Source: Takakia lepidozioides
Taxonomy: Eukaryota; Plantae; Bryophyta
NCBI GenBank assembly: GCA_030704615.1
Contig: CM060734.1
Location: 49,166,001 to 49,230,000, forward strand
DNA: 64,000 nucleotides
Direction of reading: 5' to 3'
Positions 40,066 to 53,300 of the stretch are shown here, piece after piece; position 1 is the first letter of the stretch, and the number at the start of each line of letters is the position of its first letter. Under the pieces are notes generated by a model. That model had not been told where the DNA came from. It ran no database searches and saw nothing but the letters and a program-made list of their open reading frames with translations. A program made the translations under genes and the position numbers.

Positions 40066-43000
40066 CTATTGAATGTTGTTGAGACTACAGCCTGCTGTAT
40101 GCAAGAGGACAGCTTTGATCTCCTCAGGTCCAACATCCATCTCCTTCGCTTGCTGCCCAAACCAAACAACACCCAATATGTCAGTGAAGACCCACCTAAC
40201 TCAATGCATTCTAATAGAATCTACCAGTGCTAGTCTCGAATTTTGCTCAGTGTGGTTTTGGTCTTCAAAGTTCTTTCATGTTGAATGGGTGCGTGCTGGG
40301 TGGAATGTCTTATGGCCAGCTGTGGCAAAACCTGGCTGACAAACAAAGTGGGCATTTGTTTCTTGAATCTTTAGACAGAGCAATGATCCATCAAATTGAC
40401 TCAGCGCTTCAATTGCACCCTCAAAGTCCACGCAACAGTTGGCAATCAATTGGCAGGCCTGCAAACCCAAAGACTACCTCAGCCCGAAAGACATCGAGTG
40501 CGAAGCCATTGAAGCAGCTGATCACAGCCTGCTGCACATCCAGCCCCAGACCATCGAGTGCACGCATCGTCGACAAAAGAAGTCCTGGGCGTCGTGCACA
40601 GAACATGTGGATATTGAGCGCTCGCCCGTCTCTGATTCTAACCTCCACCTGCTTTCTCCACGCCACAAACAGTCACACGTTATTTCTCCGTCATGCTTGC
40701 AGGCAGCGCAACAACCTCTCTCATTTCAGTGGAGATTGGTGGCCTTGCAGCAAATGGCCTGTCCATATAGTGGAAAGAACGGCTCAATTGGCGCCGAGGG
40801 AATGCTCGATATGATCGGGAGATGAGAGAGGACTGTGCTCACCCGGGCTGGCTGGACATCAGGAGCAGGCAGGGCAGCGGGGCATTCCTCTTTCACCATG
40901 CGGCATGCCACTGTGGATCCTAAGGGTGAGAGTGCCGATGAGCTTCCAGGCTCAGATTGTGTGGCCTCCAACTCAGTGTGCAGGTCGTTGATTCGCTGTA
41001 GCAGCTCCTTGAGATATTCAATTGCATCCCCCAGTATTGACGCCCTGTCCATCTGACCCTCCCATTTCCACCTATGCATCTCAGATACGGTGTTTCCATG
41101 TTAAGTCCATTTGCGTCAGTCATCCTTTGTGGAGAGAGACCGGGGAAATTTATGAACTCACTTTACAAGAGAGAGAACAAGGCAGACTCAGACAACACAC
41201 CTCTTGAAGGGGAGCTCAGCCAAGGCATTTGTAATCTTAATTAGAACTAAGTGGCCAGGGTTAGTGAGCTTCTGACTATCTCCCTCTGACCTCATTATAC
41301 ACCGGGCAGGAGGAAAGTATTGATGTTCTGTCTCCGCTTCCTTCAGGTTGCAAGCAGGGCAATGAGATCTATAGACTATGAATAACAAGTCCTTTTGCAC
41401 GGACGTCAGTAACTAGCTCTTTAAAGAGACGGGTAGCAACAGTCCATCATGATGATTAAGGTCTCCAGTAACGAGATAATGATGGATTGCAGCACCTAGG
41501 CACAGAAAGGGAAGCAGCAACAGAAGACAGACCTTTGTAATCTTGGGTACCACAGATCGTAGCATGTACAGGCGGTCGTTTAACTTCTTGCGTCGCCTGC
41601 GCTCAGCCATGAGATTTTTGGCAGGCAATCCTTTTTTGCCCTTGCCCTTCTCACCAAGGGCCATACCATGGCCCGCTCCCTCCATACCTAACGTGTCATC
41701 TGTCTCATACAATGCTCCCGAGCCATCGCCACTCTCATCTAAATCATCATCTTTGCCCTCCTCTTGGTCTCCATCCAGACCATAATCACATCCTTCATCT
41801 GACCCTGAATTTTGGCCGGGCTTCCTGGTGCCATCCTCTTTAGCTCCAGCACCGTGCAGCTGTTTCTGTTTGCCTTTGATGTTGGGAGACTCTTCATCTG
41901 GCATGTCCACTGAAGAGTCGTTGGACACAGAGGTAAGCACATGGGGGGGGGACTTGATGGTGGGTGAGAGTGTTCCTGATCCAGTGCCATGTGATCTCGA
42001 TGCTGTACGCTTTTGGAACAGTGTCTGTGGGGATCGCAGCGAGCCCTCCACCGGGTGTGAACGGAACGGTGCTCTGTCCGTGTTCAACAGTAAATCAGAT
42101 CCTGGGCCCTCTTTGCAGCCCAACAAGCTTCGGCTCAGGCAAGGGCTGACAAATCCATCAGAGAAGCCAGGGGTGAGCCCGCTGCCAAGAGTACTGCTGA
42201 AAGGGTGGGTGAGACTGTAACTGGCACTCCCACCTGGGGTCAGCATGACGGTGTTGAGATTACTCGTGCAACCTGTGCTGAAGCAGTCGCTGAGACTCCC
42301 CATCTGACTCCTTGGGCTAAGGTTTCCATGAAGCCCATGGCCACTATAAACACCTGTAGAATTAGTAAGATCTTCACGTGAAACTCATTTCTGTGAGAAG
42401 TACGTGAATCATTTGCAAGCTGTCCCAATTCAACTTTCAAGCAAGTTTATAGCAGGTCCAGTGATATCAAACATGTTATACAAAACACGGTACACCTGGT
42501 CTCCCTGACCACTCCTTGAAGCACTTCATCAAATGCTCGTGGACTTTCAACAACTTGAAGACAGATTAACCGGAATAGCACATCAATGCTTGCTGTGCAG
42601 GACTGATCAGCATGTGGGAGCCTAACATAGAGTAAGACTTAGCAAGCTTGCCCTGATAATTGTACACAACTGCACGCACGCACGTTCGATTATATGCATG
42701 CATGCATCTGCTTACAGTGCAGAAAACGAAGAACTGACCTGCAGACAAGTTGCCGAGAAGGTTGACCCCTGAAGATTGCCCTCCCGAGCCCAGTCCATCT
42801 AGGACCCCACCGTTGCCTGGCCCCCCACTAAGGCTTGGAGCAGTTCTGAAGCTGTTGAGCAAGGTGCTCGTGCTGTCAAAGGGAAGGGAAGCATCCAACA
42901 AAGTATTCAGGCTCGACCTGTCAGACGTGCCATAATAAGGAGTGTTCACCTTGCGAGTCAAGAAGGATTGGAATTGTGGGGAGTCGAGGTTGAAGATGGA

Positions 43001-43171
43001 CGAGGGGTAGAGAGTTGGCACATTTTCAGGCTGCTGCAGATTAAGAGGCGAGGCATAGGACAAGTCCTTGATCTCATCCATGAGGGATGTGTCCGGTGTT
43101 GCTGCCATGTACCATTCGTCGTCAAGCACCCCTTTTCCAAAGCTTGCGCTGGCAAGGCCCTCCTGATACAT
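40066..43171 (-). CDS. SCRM: bHLH transcription factor ICE1/SCREAM; exons ~43171-42739, 42353-41533, 41052-40843, 40648-40478, 40152-40066 (5' end uncertain)
   Basis: [59 protein letters not shown]; ACT-like [50 protein letters not shown]; TLFQKR motif; splice phases consistent. Confidence 0.93.
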
Positions 43172-46100
43172 CAAACAAGAGCAAAACCAACGCCCAATTT
43201 AGGAGCGCCGTTAAAGCAAGCAGCTCGCTGTAGGAAAAAGAATGAGCTTGTCTCTCTTTCTTTTCAAGATCAGGAAATGGTAAGAAACCGTTCTGAACCC
43301 TCACTTGAGTCAATGGATGGCCCTTCTCGGAAAACAGCAAGTTTACCCGATCGATCGACACCTGTGCAATCAGTTACATGTACTGTGCCATGCAAGTACT
43401 TTGAACAACATTCGACAAATATTGACCAACTTTGCGATGCACGAAGGTTGACTCAGGCCACAGCAATTCGCAAGCTTCAACCACGCTCACTACAGCATTC
43501 CGTTCGTGCCTACACCTGTAGACATTTTGAAACCGAGAATTGCAATCTCAAAAGGCCCGGGTGAAGTCTCCCTTTTGGCTACCTTTGAGCAGTGCACTGA
43601 CGAGTTGTTTGCCACCGTAATACCAAGACATGGTGTGGGTGCTGGCTCGGTGGATTTCTCAAAGCTTTCAGATAGCTGCCTTCGTATTTTGGTGCCTCAT
43701 GTCTAATGATGTACTGGCATAACGTCAGTGAGACTGGTAGATATCACTTACTAAAGCGGCAGTTTGTTCACTTAGGAAGTGCACATTTTCATGGACTCCT
43801 GGCTTACATGTGAAAGCTCGTGAACCACTGCTCCTTGAAGGGTAACTACGACGAGGACCTCATGACTTCCTCATGACATCCATGGATTCCAACTGGTCAC
43901 GAAGAGCATCACCCCAAAGTCGTGGACAGGATTATGGCAGGTTTGGACTTGTGCCGGGATGATATCATCTTCAGTGCAATCGTGCAATAAACCATGCAAA
44001 ATTGTCTCCGAAGAACTCCTGAGCATGTATGAGCCAAGACTCGGCCGTTGCTAGTTACATATCTCACATATATGCAAGGATGGCATAAACGCTCAAAGGG
44101 ATCTGGACAAGGTCGTGCAAATTGAAGCCTAGGTAGCTCTATATGTGAGTAGGTGATTCTGCATCCATGTCTAGATCACAGTCATAAATCGCACAGCTAG
44201 CTGTCTTAGACCAGCACAACCACAGGTGGAGAAATTATGAATAAGTGTGGAGCGTACTTTGATTACATCGCTACTTGCATCAGGGCTTTGGCATCTTCCA
44301 GAGGACCTCCAAGGCGTGTCGTCTTCCAGGCCGGGAATGGAATTGGGAGACAACCTGGTGCCCAGTCCACATACTGTCAGTACCCACCAACTTCTCTGTA
44401 TCAGCTTGACTTAAAATTGCTTCATAAAAATTGCTTCATAAAAAGTTCGAGGCACATTCCACGACACGACAGTGCAAACTAGTACTTTCCGAGCTCAATG
44501 TAGCCAGTCTACTCGGTGATACATATATGTCTGGACAATTTGAGATTATCCGCGTACGCAGCCCTCTAGATCTCTTCTCACTGCCCTGCAGGCACCAGCT
44601 TCTCTCTATCTTCAATCATTGAACGATCACTCCACCCTCACCAGTTTGCTACTCTTCTGAACTCGACGAGACTGAAGACTAGTTAACATATACATCTATT
44701 CTGTCACCACAATTTAATCAGAACCTGATGTTCGACATTTCTGTGGCACATTTGATCTGAAGTCTTTAATGTTGCCAAGTGCAACTTAAGAGTTAAGTGC
44801 TATGAAGACCTGATTTCGGAAGAGGAGCCATCCATCCAAGTACTAGCAGTTGATCGGGACGTCATCATGCCTCCGTGCACCCTGCTTTCGCAATGTTTCC
44901 ACAAGTCTAGCTGGTCCTTACAAGGTGTTACCAATCTCTACGGGGGGTTCTCTCAGTGAAAACTGAGTTGCATCTAGCTCAGTGTATGAGTGTCCGGTGA
45001 TTTGCTATCAATGTTAATTACATAGATTCAACAATCTGCCGTAACAAGGGTAGTGCATTCTTCTGCAGCCAACTCGACCTGTTCTGAATTTGCGAAGTAT
45101 CATGCAGGAAAGAGTCCGCTAAGGTCCGTGGTCCAGCGGAACGGATTCTACTTCAACTGATCACTATAATTAATGACAAATTAATATGACATCTAAGATC
45201 GGACGGTGTAGTAGACAATCGTGCAAGGCCAGGGAGGAGTAACCCCCTCAGATCAGAGGCTTCCAAAGACTCCAAACCCCTCCTGACCTCAACCTGGCTA
45301 AGCAAGCTTCTTATCAGATTCACCTTGTGTCGCTCCACAGTTTATAATCCTCCTACATATCTTCCCGAACCCTCACACCTCTATCAAGCCACAAATATCC
45401 CAGCTTGCTAGATGCCATGTACTACTGGGGACAATGTCACTGCGCCACTGCAATCATCCCAGGAATCCAGTGGGACCCACCAGCTGCTCCTCCTCCTGCT
45501 CCCCTCCCTCACACTCACCCCTCCCTCCCCTTCTCGCAGGATTAAAACGAAGACGTAAAGCAGGCAGCGTACAGCTACCCTGGAATCACCGCTCTCCCAT
45601 CACCTGTGATGATGCTCAGACGCGCAAGCTGCTGCCTGCCATCTTCCCCACACCCTTAACTCTCTAACGAACTGCCTCTCTCACACTTTTCCTTTATGAA
45701 CCCCCCCCCCCCACAAGTACGCAGATTGCTGCAGACGTTAATCCCCTCGCCATCATCTTCCTCTCCTCTCCCTTCAACGAGGGCAGAGGGCAGCAAGTGG
45801 GCCCTGGGCAGCCCAGGGGCAGCAACGTCGCTCTTACCCGTACTTGGTACAATACAGCGACTTGGACCCCCCCCTGAAATACGCATACGGCCCACCCCGT
45901 GACTCCCCCCCCTCCTTCCCCCTCTCTCCCTGATCTCCCTCCCTGTCCCTCTCCCTCTCCCTGATCTCCCTCTCCCTCTCCCTCTCCCTTTCTTCAACAC
46001 CATATCGCGCATTCCCGGAGATATGTCCACAATTCACACGCTCAACAACTCCTCACAACACCACTGGGCCCTGTCGTCTTCCTTCCTTCGTGGGAGAGAG

Positions 46101-49100
46101 GCCTCGCGGGGGAGAAGACTGGCAGGGAGAGGCTCCGCAGTACCCGCACGACACAGCGGCAGCCGTCACCCCAGCCGCACGGTAGGTGAGGAGCCGTCCA
46201 TCTGCGCCGTCCAAGCGAAACCGCCGGATGGGGGCCGCGTCAGCGATCCCGCCCGCCCAAACCAGATACGGTACGTATGGACAGCCGTACCGATACAGTA
46301 TGTGGTGGGTACCTGCCTCTGTAGGGACGTGTACGGTGGCCGCTAATCGGTACGTACGCACCTACGTAGGCGACACGTATTAACACAGTATTACGGTGGA
46401 AACGGAAACATGGATGACCACACACATATTTCTCATCCATGGCTCGCTTGCGATATCCGGGCATGTAGGTCAACTGGGACGGGACTAGCCTGAGACAGGT
46501 GGCAGGACGCGGAGAGGCGGCAGAAGATAGCGCGGGAATAAAATCCACAATCACTATTATCACTTTAGATTTTCCTTAACTCTTTTTACTTTACCTCGCA
46601 CTGCGTTTTACCATCCCAACCGCCGCGTCCGTGGATGATTATTCTACGGCTCTGGGCGTCTCCGTCCGGCCGGGTCGTCCCCGGCGGATGGATGAGCAGA
46701 GGCTCTGTTCATCACATGGAGGTTAGGGACTAAGCGGCGTGGATTAGGGGTTGCGTGATCGATACTCGATACCGCGAATGACGAGTGGGGCAGTTACGGG
46801 GCAGTAAAGGCGGCCGGGCAGCGCCCGGCCGCCCTGCCCGCTGCGCGTCACCTCCCCTCCCCTCCCGGTTTCCTGCTCCTTTTCTGTACGCTCCAGCCGG
46901 TCAGATTTCTGAACCCGTCGCGGCTGACCTGGCAGAGGGCGAATTTAAAATCTGTCCAAGTCTTGTCACATCCCACTGCCCTGTCAGCTTTTATGTCTGT
47001 ACCCGGCTGGCATGTCAGCTTTGTGTGGGGATGGGTGTGAACGGGTCTGGTAAAAGCTGGCTTGTGTACCGCTGCTTTTGAGAGAATGTGATGTGTGCAA
47101 GATGCCGACTTGGTTGCGATCCGTGTGAAGAAGAAAAAATACAAAGGAAATTGCAGAGTGGAGTGTGGAGTGCAGTAGTAGGTGGTGATGAGATTGATGA
47201 AGGATGGAGACTCGAGAGAGCTTGGTGGGACAAAGATGGGGGGTCACATGTGCGAGATGGAGGGTGAGTGATTTGAAGGTCGCACAGTCGCTGCGGGATT
47301 TAAGTCTGGAAAGATGGTCTGCAGAGGTTGCGAGGTGATTGCACTTGTCTGATTGTGCTTATAAGGAGGTATGTGGTTATAAAGATGGAGGAGTGGGCCC
47401 AGGTCTACGTGCAGACAAGGAGATGTGAAAGGATGTTGGAAGACGGTGGTTAACTTGGGGCGGAAGGGTTGGTTGGTACTGCACTGATCCGCACGGCGTG
47501 AGTTGAGGGTTGTACTGTAAGTAAGCACAACCAAGTGTGGTATAGGGTGCATTGAACGGTTTCAGGCTGGCCGATGAAGAATATATACAACCTAGTAGTA
47601 GAGAGTCTAAGTAGTTAAATAGTGTGCTGTGGGCCCCGCTTCTACCTGGAGACACAGAATATGGAATCATAGACTTGAAGCACAAGGCGTGGCGTACGAG
47701 TTACTACTGATCCACGGGTGACGTCCGTAGTCACCCTCCTTATTATTACATGCGCTGTAAAGACTGTTGGTATACTATACTTTACACAACCCATGTAAAC
47801 TCTGTTCTGGGAGTACTGTACATGTGCATAGGATAAAAAACAAAAGGTGGGTCAGATTGAAGAGTCATTGGTCCTGTTCTTTTCTACCTGAAGAGACAAC
47901 ATGAGCATGAAATAATGGGAGATGGCTTACTTACAGCACAAGACCCGGTGTGTGCAGGCATGGTGTGCACAGAATGATTGGGTGCCTGGGTCCTAGAGAC
48001 TTGGGACCCAATGGGCAGGTGAAGCGTGGGTGGGAAGCAGCGTGTAACGCTCTGGAGCAAGCGCGCCGTCCTCCTCCTTGTCGGTTTATGTCGGAAGCTA
48101 GCTAGCTTGCTTGCATCTACAAATACCTCTTCAACATCTCTTTCTTTCTATAGCCTCTCGGAGTCATACTGTTGAGATGCGACTCTATATTCAGTAATCG
48201 AATCCGAAGATGTCAAGATTGATTTGGCCAAAATCCCATTTTTTTTCCTTTATTTTCCTATGTCAAGGTCGCCTGACTAGTTTTGAGGTCGAAATTTTGC
48301 ACCAGAAAAAAAACTGCTGATATAGACAACTAAGAGCTGCTCCAAACAATTATCTAAAAACAATTAAAAGATGCAAACACTTTCGGAAGCAAGCATAACT
48401 AACTGCTACTGCCTTCCGATGGGAAAGTACCGTTGTGATATGAAACACACTTTTGTGGTTTAGAACCCACAACTACTAGTGAAATGGTATTTTGTGCCTA
48501 TCTATTGAGTAACACAGACACAATAATACAATGCACACTTAACAGGGTTGTAGCCGATGCAATGGATGCAGGGGACTCAAGTGGCAAATGATAAGATCTT
48601 CCGGAAACGACAAATTTCCAGTTCAATCCACATGAGGACATCTTTTCCGCTCTATCCGTACTATTGATATCTTAGTTACGCCGGTTTCGGCTGGAGTCTT
48701 CTCTCTCTATATACTTGATTGATTGATGGGCCCATTTCCATGTTGTTGTGTACATATAGCACGGCGGCGCCGGCCCCGATGCTCCAAAGCCACCATGGAA
48801 GCTCATTTGCTGATTTGGTAAGAGAAAGGGCCGGGCCGGGTACATGGATGGAAGGAAGCTCTCTAAGAGTTTTCGCTTTCATTTTCATCTGCCGATAGGG
48901 CAAGGGGCCAAGGTAGCCCAGCTTAGTAATGGAAGGGATAGTCAGGTGAACCACTCACTTCATAAATAGACCCACTAAAGTAGCCACATCCCATAATAAG
49001 ATAAGATCCTTATAAATAGGTGTCTAATATCTAGATTCAAATTTTTCAATCTCATCTTGCTAACGTCTTCAATTACCCAATGTGGAGCCTATTGGGATCC

Positions 49101-50320
49101 CACATCAAAAGAAAAATGTCCCGGAAATTCCCTTGCATCTATATAAAAGACTTGTGTCTAATTACAAACCCAAAGTAGAAGAATGCCTTGTCACGATCTT
49201 TGGTTGCATTGTAAACAAGACCTTAGCTCAATAAATTGACATGTCTCCAAATTTCGATTTCTTTACAAGATGATGTAGCCAGTCAATTCTACACCTGAGG
49301 AGCATCTTGTTGTAATAAAAGTCGCCGCATTGGCTACCTAGCCCCTTTGAGGAAAACACACCCTCCTGTGTATCTTTGTTATTACTTGACAACCAAGTTG
49401 TAGCCCAGTGGTATAGGGCGCATACAACCTTGGAAGTGGTTGTGGGTTCAATCGACCGATCCGTGTCACAAAGTCGTCTACATTCCCACCAAAAGGCAGT
49501 AGGTAGCCCTTGGGGGTCAAGAGACACCATAATTTACAATTCCTTGGGGAGGCGTCATATATTTTTATGATGGTGATACCATTATCATAATATTATTATT
49601 ATGACTGGAGGTGGTGTCTCAAATTTGAGTCCAACAGGACCCCATGATTGACAAGGACACCCACCACATGTCAACACATATGCCACGGAAAAAATGGAGA
49701 GATACCCCATCGCGCACATTGTGCATGAACCTGGAGTCCGCATGTCTCAAAGAATACTTGAATGGGTCAAAAAAAATAAAAGATGACACCTCTTGAAGGA
49801 AGCGTAAATTATGGTGGGGTGACATGTAATGTATCCATAGCAAGACATAGATGCCCAACTCTTCGGTGGCGGTCACATTGCCGATGATACACTCCACAAT
49901 TTAAAGCACTCGGAAGAAAAGAAAGACAAGGTTGCAGCCTTTTGAAAAAAACAAAGAGGCTTAGAACACACAAAGGAGGGGGGGGAGGAAGGCAGCTAAC
50001 GCAGCATGAATGCAAAGGAACTTTGGCATCCTCCTGTGCCCAGCCCTTCGATTTGGCAGCACCATAACTTTCATGCCCTTTGTTCAACATTTGCCATGAA
50101 CTTGCTCTCCTATACAGCATGTTCATTGTGAACCACTGCATGGACCGTCCTGGATAAGGCACAGTCAACCCCCAAAGAATCCTAGAAAGAATGTCACACT
50201 AGAAGCAACAATGCAGAACAATTGCTTAGAGAGGCTATAGACAAACTACCACACGGCGTCTCAGAAATTTGTGAGCCAGGCAAGTTACAATCTCATTTGT
50301 CCAGTCAACTGTGACCACCC

Positions 50321-53300
50321 CTAGCGGCCCTTCTCTCGGGCAGCTTTAGCTTTCACCAAAGAAGCTTCACGGGCATCAGCCTGCTTAGCCAATCTATCCG
50401 CTCTCTCTTGCCGTTCCTTCTTTTTCTTTTCATCCACAGGCCGCTTTTTGCTATCAACCTTCGTCTGCACATGGAAAACAGTTGCAGTGGCTTTCATGGC
50501 TACAGGACATGGGTACTGGCACGATTACACACTCAACCTTGAATACTGACTTCAGCTAAAATCAGACAATGCCATGCAGTGTCTCCAGACACACGGAGAA
50601 TTGTGGGAGAAACAGAATGTATTCATAAAACTTTCTTTGCTGTAGCCTTGTGGCCATAGACACCGCCCGGTTTGGACGAATAGACGCTACCTTTGTGAGA
50701 GCTCACTGTCGCGGAGAGATTGTACTCATAAGACGTTGTTTGCCGTAGCCTTGTGGCCATTGACCCCGCGCCCAGTTTGAGCGGGAACAAAAGGGACAGA
50801 ACCTACCTCTGTCAGGGGCTGACGTTGGTAGTAAGACTTACCTTCATATATAGAATTAATCCGGGTTTTCCAGATATCCTCTAGAAATCCCTTCACACAA
50901 GCATCAATCTGCTGTGTGTGATTTGCCCAAAAACTAGGCCTCGGGAGGGCCTGGGCTTTTGGCTCAGCCTCGAGACTTTCAAAGTTGGTAAACAGGGGTA
51001 CAGGCACAATTCCCTTGATAGATTTGAAGAGAGCGTCACTTTGGTGAGAGAACCCCGGACAGTGTATCAGAAAATGAATACTGTCTTCAGATTGCCCACA
51101 CAACGGGCAATTGCACTCTCCCTTTCCTTTCTGCTTCTGTTTGCTGTTCAAAGGTAGGCTTCCTGCCCCGAGTTTAAATTTCAGTCTAGTGCCGAGAGTG
51201 GGTAGACCCTTGAGGTCATCCAAGATGCCCTCCCACATGTCACTGACTGGAAACAAGTTCAGGGAAGTTTTCTGCCTAACTTCATTTTCATCAGACAATC
51301 TCATGGCAACAGAAGGCTTTGGACACTACAGCCTCTAAGTCAGATTTATCCAGCAGGGTCAAGACTTGGGGATCCAGGTTCGGGTCCTTGAGAATCTCTT
51401 CTACTCTCTTCTGCCAGGACTTAGCCTGTTTGACAGGGCGGTCCTGTTTCCAAGATATAGAGTCGATTAACTTAGGATATCTGGTGTTGGGCATATGTTG
51501 CAGCTGACCCCACCATCTGACCTTGAATTTATCTCGTCGGGAGCTTAAGGACGGAATGCCAAACTCACCCCGAACAGCCACATTGGCTGTTTTGGAGCAT
51601 GCTGACATACACTCCTTAAGCACCCCCACTTGAATGGATTCTAGAGACTTGGCCTGGTTGGAGTTATCAACCCATATAGCAGATCCGTACTCCAAAGGCA
51701 GGTCTAATAACGCGACAAAGCATGGTTTTCTTAACCTCAGAGTTGACCCCTCTGCAGTGGAAAAATTTAGTGAGCCCCAGAGCTTTGCCCTTGCCAGTTT
51801 GAACAACTTTCCAGATATGTGCAGCCCAATTGGAGGAAAACTGAACGCCCAGGTAAGTGTAGGAAGGGAGGACCGGGATCTCTTGGCTACCCCACTGCCA
51901 CTTAAGATCACTTCCTCCCTCTCCTCTGTCGTTGAATGCTACCACTGCACATTTGCTGACATTAGCCTCTAGCCCCCAAAGATCAAAGTATCTCTTCGCC
52001 CAATCAATCAACTCCTGGAGATTGGTTGGAGTCTCCCCTATGCCTGCGAAGTCATCCGCAAACATAAGGGCTGGTATGGTGGTATCACCCACCCTTAACC
52101 CAAATCCCTCACTTTCCACATCCTCGAGGAGTTGATTGATGAAAACATTGAAGAGCAGAGGGGAGAGAGTACATCCTTGAGCTACACCTTGGTCTATGTC
52201 AAAGAAGTTGGACTTCTGTCCGTTAACAGTGACACAGCTTTTGGTGTGAGCATACAAGTTGTGGACAACTCTCCACATCTTTCCCTTGATCCCACAAGAC
52301 CAGAGTCGGAACCATAGGCCATCTCTCCACACTGTGTCATAAGCCTTTTTGACATCCAGGAAAAAAACATAAGTGGGTTTCCCTTCTTTTTTCCTTCCCT
52401 GGATAATCTGGCTTAGAGTGAAGATATGATCCACACAGCCCCTGTTTCGCCGAAAGCCAGCTTGGCCTTCGTGGAAACAACCTCTAGACTCCAGATCAAC
52501 CTCGAGACGAGTACTTATAACTCTGCAGAATGTCTTGCCAACAGCATTGAGGAGCATGATGCCACGGTAGTTCCCCGGTTCTTCTCTGTCACCCTTCTTG
52601 TATAGATTGACAATGACCCCCTGTCGCCAGCGAAAGGGGATCATTTCAGTCTTCCAGATAAGGTTAAAGAGGAGAACTAGGGCCTCTATCATGGGATCGC
52701 CACCGTGCTTGATAAGCTCGTTGACAATACCATCAGGTCCACCAGCTTTATATCCATTTACATGTTCAATTGCTTCCACAATCTCAGAAGAACTAATGGG
52801 AGCATTATAAGCCATTGAAATATACTCCAGTTCATCAGGGCTGTTTTGAATCATAGGAACAGTTTTTCCAACTGTGTCCCTCCATTCAGCAGAAGACCCC
52901 TCACTGTTAGACCTAGAAGTTCTGCCAAGGATACTGTAGTGAGTTTCAAAGGTTTTGACAATGTCAACCGATGAAGTCACCACTGCACCTTTAGTAGTCT
53001 TCAGTGCTTGTACTTGCTGACCGTTTTTCGGCTTGTACAAACGTTGAAGGGCCAACCAGAAAATCTTGTCATTACCACCATGGTGGTTTGAGTTTATTTC
53101 ACTGTATAACTTGTCCCAGTATAATTTCTTCTGAGACCTAACAAGCTGATTGATATCTTTACGGAGCTGGTAGTACCTCGCCCACAATTCTCTGTTGGTT
53201 TCCAAATTGCAGCACTCTTTATAGAGGGCTCGTCTCTCAGCTATCTTGAGTTTAATCTCATTGGTCCACCAATTACCTGCTCTACCGCAGACAATTAGTT

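Noticed and set aside
46800-50200. Possible miRNA or hidden gene in the long intergenic stretch
   Set aside because: Only short hairpins (e.g. ~47984-48010); no recognisable mature miRNA or coherent exon chain.
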